From Williopsis jadinii (Eukaryota): DNA of 64,000 nucleotides. Of the stretch, positions 56,980 to 64,000 are shown one piece after another. The stretch spans positions 1,178,001 through 1,242,000 of the forward strand of contig AP024665.1 of assembly GCA_024346625.1 (NCBI GenBank), read 5' to 3'. Position numbers and translations under genes: made by a program. The notes under the pieces were generated by a model. The model saw only the letters and a list, made by a program, of their open reading frames with translations. It did no database searches and was not told the DNA's origin. Position 1 is the first letter of the stretch. Every line of letters starts with the position of its first letter.

Positions 56980-58101
56980 ATGAGCCGCTTGCTGGAGGTG
57001 TTTATACGGGCAAACAGCTCTTCTGAAGAGGACACAGATACCTGCGACTCCTCGAATGACTACAATGGACGAGAGCTCTTGAGAATCGTCGCCATCTTCA
57101 TGGTGATGGCCACGTCAGCCTTTGGATCTTTCCTCCCACTACTCTCTTCCAAGTACTCATCTATACGTCTGCCTCAGTGGGTATGGTTCCTGGCCAAATT
57201 CTTCGGTTCCGGGGTCATCGTCGCCACAGGGTTTGTTCACTTGTTGCAGCCTGCCAATGAGGCCCTCTCGAATGACTGCTTAACAGGCCTGGTCACTGAG
57301 TATCCATGGGCATTTGGTATCTGTCTGATGTCATTGTTTGCTCTCTTCTTCAGTGAAATCATTGCCCACCACTTCATGAAGAGGGCTACAAGAGGTGGGA
57401 GTGGCCAGCAGGGCATAGCTCACAGTCATTCTCACTTTGGAGAGCTCAACAAACCCCAAGATGACGAGGATCTGCCATCATCTATGCTGATGGAAGAGGA
57501 TGAGTATGAGGAGGCAGTACCTCTGGTGGACTATTCGTATAGCACATCTGAGGCTAGCACGAGCAATTATTACCCTCAGAGCTCACAGCAGCAGGGCAGT
57601 GCAAATTACTTCAGCCAGATCCTATCAGTGTTCATCTTGGAGTTTGGTATTGTCTTCCACTCGGTGTTTGTAGGGCTCTCATTGGCCGTTGCTGGCGAAG
57701 AGTTCCAAACACTTTTCGTTGTGATTATGTTCCACCAGATGTTTGAAGGCCTGGGACTAGGGACGAGGATCGCAGAGTGTCCCTGGGATGAAAGTCGAAG
57801 AAGAACACCGTGGATATTAGCACTGGGGTTCACTTTGACTACTCCAACAGCAATTGCCATTGGGCTCTGTGTTAGAAGCTCCTACTCCCCAGGATCAGCA
57901 AGAGCTTTGATCATCAATGGAGTATTTGACGCAATATCCTCTGGAATATTGATCTATACTGGTCTTGTTGAGCTCATGGCACACGAGTTCTTGTACTCAT
58001 CACAGTTCGACGGAGAAGATGGGCTCACACGGATGTTGGCTGCCTTCCTAGTGATGTGTTCTGGTGCTGGGCTGATGGCTTTGCTCGGTAAATGGACATG
58101 A
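56980..58101 (+). CDS. ZIP plasma-membrane zinc transporter (Zrt1/Zrt2 family)
   Basis: AKFFGSGVIVATGFVHLL, HSHSH loop, LEFGIVFHSVFVG, FHQMFEGLGLG and terminal LGKWT. Confidence 0.93.
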   Translation: MSRLLEVFIRANSSSEEDTDTCDSSNDYNGRELLRIVAIFMVMATSAFGSFLPLLSSKYSSIRLPQWVWFLAKFFGSGVIVATGFVHLLQPANEALSNDCLTGLVTEYPWAFGICLMSLFALFFSEIIAHHFMKRATRGGSGQQGIAHSHSHFGELNKPQDDEDLPSSMLMEEDEYEEAVPLVDYSYSTSEASTSNYYPQSSQQQGSANYFSQILSVFILEFGIVFHSVFVGLSLAVAGEEFQTLFVVIMFHQMFEGLGLGTRIAECPWDESRRRTPWILALGFTLTTPTAIAIGLCVRSSYSPGSARALIINGVFDAISSGILIYTGLVELMAHEFLYSSQFDGEDGLTRMLAAFLVMCSGAGLMALLGKWT

Positions 58102-58165
58102 ACATGTGCGCTACTGATATCTTCAAAGAATGTATATAACATTAATGGATACATTACAAATCTAT

Positions 58166-60064
58166 TCAATCTCTCTCGTTATCCTTGACCGTTCTCTCCA
58201 GGTGGTCCAGTTGGTCGAGGATTTCCTTACAAACCGTGCTGTAATCCTGGCCGTTAAATGCACTGAGCTCAATCTTCAACTCGCAAACGAGGAAGTGCAT
58301 GTTTCTCCACTGGATCAGTTCGAAATCGTATCCAACCCTCTTAGCCATACCTGGACCATAGAGTCGCAGTCTTTCACCATTTGATTCAAAGACCTTTCCT
58401 TCTTCTTTCAGAGTCACTGGGTTCAACTTTGGGAAGTTTGCATGAACAAACAGTATGCGAGGGTCCTTCGCCAAAGGTGGCAGGTCTTGATCCAAATCTT
58501 TGCTCAGCTGCTCACGTCTCTTCTTACTCAGCTCCAGGTTATAGTCCTCTACTGGATCGTACTGGCCCATTCCACAGCCAACAAAATCGTGTTCCAGGTT
58601 GAAATGGCCAAACGCATTCAGGAACCTCTTCACCTGGTACGAAGGAGAGCCCAGAGCCACTGTGGCAGCAAGGAACGTCTCCTTGTCACCTTCACCATCA
58701 GAGCCTTGAGACAGCAGTGGGTAGTAATAATCAGGCCCATACAGGTTGTAGTAGAGAGCCAACAGCAACTCTCTTGAATGAGTTCTCTTTGAGATCATAA
58801 GCTGGCCAGATTCAGAGGTAGGATCTGGGATTGTGCCCTTTCTGTCATGGAACGACACTTCCTCCAAGTCCTTATCACGATCGTCATAGCCAAATCTTAC
58901 CCTTTCGTTCGTAACTTCAATGTTTGCAATTTCATAGAACATTGGAGAAGTTGCACGTCTCCAGAAGTCTGGCCATGTTATAAGCCCTGAGCTCTTGAAG
59001 GGCTCGTTCTCAAAGAGGTAGTCTGGTGCGTGTGCTGGTATGTTATCTGAGTCCAGTAGCAGCACGTTCTCAAAGGACGACACCATTATCGCCAATGCTT
59101 TGTACTGGTATCCTTTGAATTGGAACTTCGACGTTGCCGTGTCACCGAGAGCATGTGGCAAGAGGATACATTTGGCATCCAAAGCCGGGAAGATCCTCGT
59201 ACAGAGGTCGATTTCGTACTCATCTTCAGAAGGTATAACAACCTCCACAGGTAGAGTGGAGCCCAATGATCTCAACGATTTGATCGACAGCAACGCCAGC
59301 CAGTTGAATTTACCACCACCGACGTATACGATCCCGTTCCCCTTATAGATGCCACCTGGAGCACTCTTGGGCAAGTTCTCCACCACGGTGGCATGTGACT
59401 GTTTCAAGCTCGACACCTCATCGTCAGAGAGCTGGAGGAATCCTCGCAGGTACTCCTCCGTGAAGACGATTTCAGAAGGACCGTCGTACCCTGCGTGGTA
59501 TATACGGTCCTCTGTCTTATACTTGTCCAGCTTACCAATGGACGGCTTCCCCTTCAAGAATATGTCAAACACAGCGTTGTAGAACTTCTGAGCAGCTGCG
59601 GCCCTTCTTCCAAACGTCTCGCTGTCCATGAGCAGCAATTCCTTCAACCGTGAGTTCTTCAGCCCGGTGAGCGTGTCGACCTGTGCTTGCTTCTCTCCTT
59701 GTGGCTGCTGCTGTTGTAATTCTCGTAGCTGCTGCTTCTGCTCTTGTTCCTTCTCTGACTCGTACACCTGCTGTCCTGCTTGTCCACCGTGTGGTTGTTG
59801 ATCCTGGTGCTGTTCACCACCGTGGGCCTTCCCACGGTTCATCTTGTAGAAGGGCACCGTCTCACCGTCGCCAGAAGCCACCTCCGCCTGCTGTGACTGC
59901 CCGTGCTGCTGTTGCTCTCCGCCTACGCGTTGTTGTGGAACAGCGCCCGTCTCTTGAGGCACCACTAGCTGGTAGGCAAACAAGCCCAGCACGATCAGCA
60001 ACACCACCAGCACGGTGCCTCTCTTGTGGAACGCTCTCTTCAGCCTGTAGAGGAATATGTTCAT
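58166..60064 (-). CDS. Golgi alpha-1,2-mannosyltransferase, GT71 (Mnn2/Mnn5 family)
   Basis: Type II TM anchor, Q-rich stem, LLLDSDN, WPDFWRRATSP and GEGDKETF; ATG at 60064. Confidence 0.9.
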   Translation of the reverse strand: MNIFLYRLKRAFHKRGTVLVVLLIVLGLFAYQLVVPQETGAVPQQRVGGEQQQHGQSQQAEVASGDGETVPFYKMNRGKAHGGEQHQDQQPHGGQAGQQVYESEKEQEQKQQLRELQQQQPQGEKQAQVDTLTGLKNSRLKELLLMDSETFGRRAAAAQKFYNAVFDIFLKGKPSIGKLDKYKTEDRIYHAGYDGPSEIVFTEEYLRGFLQLSDDEVSSLKQSHATVVENLPKSAPGGIYKGNGIVYVGGGKFNWLALLSIKSLRSLGSTLPVEVVIPSEDEYEIDLCTRIFPALDAKCILLPHALGDTATSKFQFKGYQYKALAIMVSSFENVLLLDSDNIPAHAPDYLFENEPFKSSGLITWPDFWRRATSPMFYEIANIEVTNERVRFGYDDRDKDLEEVSFHDRKGTIPDPTSESGQLMISKRTHSRELLLALYYNLYGPDYYYPLLSQGSDGEGDKETFLAATVALGSPSYQVKRFLNAFGHFNLEHDFVGCGMGQYDPVEDYNLELSKKRREQLSKDLDQDLPPLAKDPRILFVHANFPKLNPVTLKEEGKVFESNGERLRLYGPGMAKRVGYDFELIQWRNMHFLVCELKIELSAFNGQDYSTVCKEILDQLDHLERTVKDNERD

Positions 60065-60210
60065 TACGGCCAATCTTCTCACCAAGCGAGCACACCTGGG
60101 AGGGTCCAGTGGAGGAGGTGAAATTGTGCAACGAGTGAAATCTCTGTCTTTCACACCGAGCGTAGGCGAGCGCGAGGAGGTGTTGTTGGAGAGAGAAGAA
60201 GCGCGCTGGG

Positions 60211-61068
60211 AGAGCTAGGCAGAGCTGGGCAGAAAACAGGCAGAGCTAGGCAGAAAACAGGCAGAAAAGCAGGCAGAGCCAGGCAGAAAACAGGCAGAGC
60301 CGCTCTGTGCTTTGATGCTCACAGCGCACGCGCGCGCCGCTGAAAAAATAAAAACACACGAAAAACCTGCTGGGCTCCGAGTTCGACACGCGCGGTTTTA
60401 AGCTGCTCGGAATTCTTAGCGAGACAAGTCGGAATGGGCGAAGAAGCTGGCGTACTGGGGGCTTCCATTGGCTTCCATTGGCTTCCATTGGCTTCCACTG
60501 GCTGGCGTGGGCGCTGTGGACGTGTGGAGAGGAACTGGCAGCCTGTGCTGGGAGCTGGTCCCCGGTGGTGGGAGCTGTGCCCGGCGTCACCTTCCCTGGG
60601 AGCATACGTGCGTACGTATTCCTCCAATTGGCTGTGCGCAAGGTGCCCTCCGCCAGTTTCACAGTCTGCAACGGTGCCCACGCAGCGCTCTGCTCGCTAT
60701 CGCTGTGCGCCCACTGCTGGTGCGAGTGGTCGTAGCGGTGGTAGCAGCGGTGGTGGTGGGACGGAGAGTCGGCTGATCTCCCTGGAAAGGAAAGCATCGT
60801 CGCTCATCAATCGAGGGCTTAGCCGTGATTGCGCCAGAGATCCTCCTCTCCACGCTGCGTTAGGACCGATATCTAACCTCTGCTTAGGCACCAGCTCTCT
60901 CCCTTTGCTGCCAGTACTGGAGGCACAGCACTGGAGGCACAGCACTGGAGGCACAGCACTGGAGGCACAGCAGCGCACGGTGCTTTTGCCACCATAATGG
61001 CGTACGGAATGTTGCCGGTGTCGCTAGAACGTCTCTCCTCCACTACACAGTGCTACACAGTGCTACAC
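60211..61068. repeat. Several unrelated short tandem arrays in one intergenic region
   Basis: GGCAGA(GCTA/AAACA) mosaic 60211-60301; (GCTTCCATTG)x4 60461-60502; (ACTGGAGGCACAGC)x4 60916-60971; (CTACACAGTG)x2.6 61043-61068. Confidence 0.9.
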
Positions 61069-61307
61069 TAAAGCGTACAAGTCTCTGATACGTGCGATAT
61101 TCGAGCCGTCCTACGTACTCTACACCAGTGCTCCAGTGCTCCAATGGCCCGTCACTGTGGAAGAAGAGATCCTACACCCTCATCGCACAGTCCTCCTGCG
61201 GTAGCCCATGCGACTCCAATGCTGCGCACTGCGACGCTCACCATGGCACCCAGATGATGGGCTTCATAGCACAGAGCCAGGCTGGCTTCTACGCTCTATC
61301 CAGGAGG

Positions 61308-62411
61308 TCAACGCCCCTGGCTTTGAGCCCTCAGGAACCGTGGAGTACAGCTGTAATCGTGCAACGTGAAGTCCAGTTTCGGATCACATGAACACCGACT
61401 CGCCAACCTCGTCGGCGAGTCACAAGGACAACGCTGGTATGGAGGATGCTCGTAGCCGATGTCCTGGAACCAATTGATCTCGTGCGGAGGCACAGTCAGG
61501 CTGATGAAGATGCTCCGCACAGGGCCGTCGCCCCATCTCTCATAGAAGAACCCTCCCTTGCTGTCGAGATGGTTGAAGTACTCGGTGTACTCTTCGCTTC
61601 TGAAGAGGTCCAGGTCGCCAATCTCAAAGTTTGTCCAGAAATGACACAGGTTATACGCCCCGTCGTCTTCCAGGATGAACCTGTGTGTGTTCTCCCGTGC
61701 CACGATACTGCCCTTGTCGCCTCTGCTGGTGAAGAACTCCACGACTGACGGGAACAGGCTCGGAATCGTCATATAGTACTCGAGGATGGAGATGACGAAG
61801 CCGTAGCGATACTTCTTCTCCGCCATCTCGGTGAAGGGATCATAGTTGATGTCGCACGAGTACTCAACGCCGGGCTCCACGCGCCAGTAGTACTTGTAAG
61901 GTAGCACCAGCTCGTGCCACTGGAAGAACCCTGAGAACCACCGGCACATCTTCCGATAGCTGAGAGAGTCTCCGTAGATCACATCCAGCGATTTCAGCGA
62001 CTCCATGTTCCGGAACATCGCCTGCTGGTCGATCCAGTCGGGCACTGACCAGTGTTCCGGCCTCACCTGGCCAAACCTCACATGCTCGCTCGAAACCATA
62101 GCCGTGATGGCCTCCTTGAACTCCTCCGTGAACGGCTTATCGTTCAGAAACACCCAATCGTAGTGGTATCGCGAGTTGAACCTATCCTCTATCGACTGCA
62201 CTGTGCGCAGCATATCGTACAGGTCCTCATTGCGACAGAGGGTCAGAAACGTGGCATTCTGCCTCACAGGCTCTACTCCACGCACCAATTGGTCGTCTCG
62301 AACGTGATGGCCGTTGCTGAGATGGCTCATCGCAACATTCCACGCCAGTTCAGTCCACGACGTTATCGCAAGCACCAAGGCGGCAATTAATCCCACCAAC
62401 CAGCTCAACAT
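61308..62411 (-). CDS. Alpha-1,2-mannosyltransferase, GT15 (Kre2/Ktr family)
   Basis: NATFLTLCRN, YDWVFLND, SYRKMCRW, YYWRVEP, YNLCHFWTNFEI and GGFFYERWGD; ATG at 62411. Confidence 0.93.
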   Translation of the reverse strand: MLSWLVGLIAALVLAITSWTELAWNVAMSHLSNGHHVRDDQLVRGVEPVRQNATFLTLCRNEDLYDMLRTVQSIEDRFNSRYHYDWVFLNDKPFTEEFKEAITAMVSSEHVRFGQVRPEHWSVPDWIDQQAMFRNMESLKSLDVIYGDSLSYRKMCRWFSGFFQWHELVLPYKYYWRVEPGVEYSCDINYDPFTEMAEKKYRYGFVISILEYYMTIPSLFPSVVEFFTSRGDKGSIVARENTHRFILEDDGAYNLCHFWTNFEIGDLDLFRSEEYTEYFNHLDSKGGFFYERWGDGPVRSIFISLTVPPHEINWFQDIGYEHPPYQRCPCDSPTRLASRCSCDPKLDFTLHDYSCTPRFLRAQSQGR

Positions 62412-62769
62412 GGTCCTAATCAAATCATGCAGAGCAAGACTGATCAACTCAACGACAAAATATCACCACAAGTGGTCTTGAAAGATAGCTCAGAGGCCAA
62501 TTGATCCACCAGTGCAACACAGCCTGTGCCTGGAATCGCCCTCTATCGTCAAAATTGCTCCATAAGCCTCAATCAACTGATGTGGAAAATTTTTGTTGGC
62601 ACATATGAAATTGCATCACCCTGGTAACGGAAACTGTAGCAATGTTCACTTTAAGCACTAGAGACGGTTTATATCCACGTTGAAGTACAGGAGATATAGC
62701 AAATGGTTGCCGAAAGAACATTCATTATGCCTTTATATGTACAAGAACCCCCCTCTACTGTGTATTTCT

Positions 62770-64000
62770 TCAATACTCTTCGACAATCTCCTTCATTCTC
62801 TCTGCCGTGACCTGTTCCATGCCTTTGAACTCCATGTGATAGGTTGCTCTTCCCTGAGTCAAGGCACGCAGCTTTGGCAAGTAGCCAATCATCTCCTTCA
62901 ATGGCACCTGTGCGTTGATCTTCTGGCCGGTGGTGAAGTCCGTTCTCAGCTTGATGAACTCCAAAGTGGGATCGTACGGGACGTACTGGTTCTCGCTAAT
63001 CAGCTTGAACTCGGCCAACGAACTCGAGGCCTCATCCTCGTCGATTGAGTCGATAACACCTTTCCGAACAGAGGTTAGATCTTGGATAACAGAGCCGATG
63101 TCTTCAGGAGAAACCTCGACAGAGACCTTCATCATGGGCTCCATGATGTTGAAGTTGTCGGAGCTGGAGAGCAGCTGTGCAAACAGTTGTCTCGTAACGT
63201 TGATAAGCACGGTGGCATCCTGGAAGTCGTCTGCCACATCAATGGAATCAATGGTGACCAGCACGGAGTGTAAGGGCAGCTTCAAGATCGGACCTCTCTG
63301 GATAGAGGAGATGGTTCCCGATATGATGGCATTGGTCAACGTCTCATACGGCATGAGCTTGTGTAAGTTCCAGTCCTTTGGCTCGTAAGGCACTGCCAAA
63401 TAGTTGTGATCTGAAAGGTCAACGTATCTCATGTTCTTTGGAAGTTTGGAGGCCTCTTGAGGGTTCTGTTCAATGCTAATGGACAGTTTCACCCCATCTT
63501 GCTCCTTTTCACCACTGGCCTTCTCCAGTATTGTTTCCTTGTAGGACACCATAATCTTACCCAGTTCGACCTTAGCCTTCAAGTCATCGAGCCTGCCCTT
63601 GGCGATCTCCAAGTGCAATTCGCCCATACCACTTAGCAGTGTCTGACCTGATTCTTCGTCCACGGTAACCTTTAAGCTGGGGTCCTCCCGCAGCAACACC
63701 TCCAAGGCATCATCCATGGATCGCTTATCACCAGAGGTCCTTGGCTCTAATGAGATGGTGAATACAGGTGGTGGAACCTCAATTGGATTCACCACGAGAT
63801 CTGTGTCTTTGATCTTCTTCTTCTGGGTGTTGAACAGGATTGTATCGCCAGTCTTAATCTTGTCACTAACAATAACACCAATGTTTCCAGCAGTGATCTC
63901 TGACACTTCCTGTGGAACATTGGCGTTCATGATCAAGAGCTTGCCAATCTTGACGGGCTCGCCGTGGACGTAGATGGTGGAGTTACTCACGAGCTTGCCT
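62770..64000 (-). CDS. MEF2: Mitochondrial EF-G2 / ribosome-releasing factor 2, C-terminal part (5' end outside the window)
   Basis: EF-G domains III-V: LLREDPSL, GQTLLSGMGELHLEI, VSYKETI, MEPMMKV and LRALTQGRATY. Domain IV is divergent, as in EF-G2. Confidence 0.85.
   Translation of the reverse strand, partial: GKLVSNSTIYVHGEPVKIGKLLIMNANVPQEVSEITAGNIGVIVSDKIKTGDTILFNTQKKKIKDTDLVVNPIEVPPPVFTISLEPRTSGDKRSMDDALEVLLREDPSLKVTVDEESGQTLLSGMGELHLEIAKGRLDDLKAKVELGKIMVSYKETILEKASGEKEQDGVKLSISIEQNPQEASKLPKNMRYVDLSDHNYLAVPYEPKDWNLHKLMPYETLTNAIISGTISSIQRGPILKLPLHSVLVTIDSIDVADDFQDATVLINVTRQLFAQLLSSSDNFNIMEPMMKVSVEVSPEDIGSVIQDLTSVRKGVIDSIDEDEASSSLAEFKLISENQYVPYDPTLEFIKLRTDFTTGQKINAQVPLKEMIGYLPKLRALTQGRATYHMEFKGMEQVTAERMKEIVEEY

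Noticed and set aside
60246..60997. Overlapping 100-190 aa ORFs in GC-rich intergenic regions (also 33277-34359, 39356-39904, 52351-53150)
   Set aside because: They are low-complexity, repeat-derived and mostly non-ATG. Such ORFs are expected from stop-codon scarcity in GC-rich DNA.

Overview
Gene-dense window from a budding-yeast (Saccharomycotina) nuclear chromosome using the standard code: CTG reads as Leu at conserved positions such as MCD4 'FYLW', so this is not a CUG-Ser clade species. A Cyberlindnera/Wickerhamomyces-type species is a guess, not demonstrated. It holds about 31 protein genes, including SPO71 (partial), ARX1, a YTA6/SAP1-type AAA ATPase, TIM50, TVP15, BMH 14-3-3, ZRT3, MCD4, an MPDU1-like gene, PAN1, MRPL38, KRE9, RFA3, a J-protein, PKA, a HAL5-type kinase, MRP49, an LrgAB fusion, CDC11, PHO91, PRP2, ALG6, an LRR protein, PFK2, ZRT1/2, MNN2/5, a KTR gene and MEF2 (partial). 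There are two tRNA genes, Ser(AGA) and Ala(AGC). Reading the DNA shows several things the ORF track misses. (1) A box C/D snoRNA resembling snR64 sits inside a spliceosomal intron of an apparently non-coding host transcript (41683-41900, minus strand). (2) There are 11 inferred introns; 8 have GTGAGT donors and none has the S. cerevisiae-type GTATGT. (3) There is a 3-exon uncharacterised gene with a myristoylation motif and a 5'-UTR intron in the 14-3-3 gene. (4) An MCB-flanked LRR protein has a BC-box-like motif and a Cys-rich tail. (5) Rap1-like motif clusters and many short intergenic tandem arrays recur. No CRISPR array or transposon is supported.
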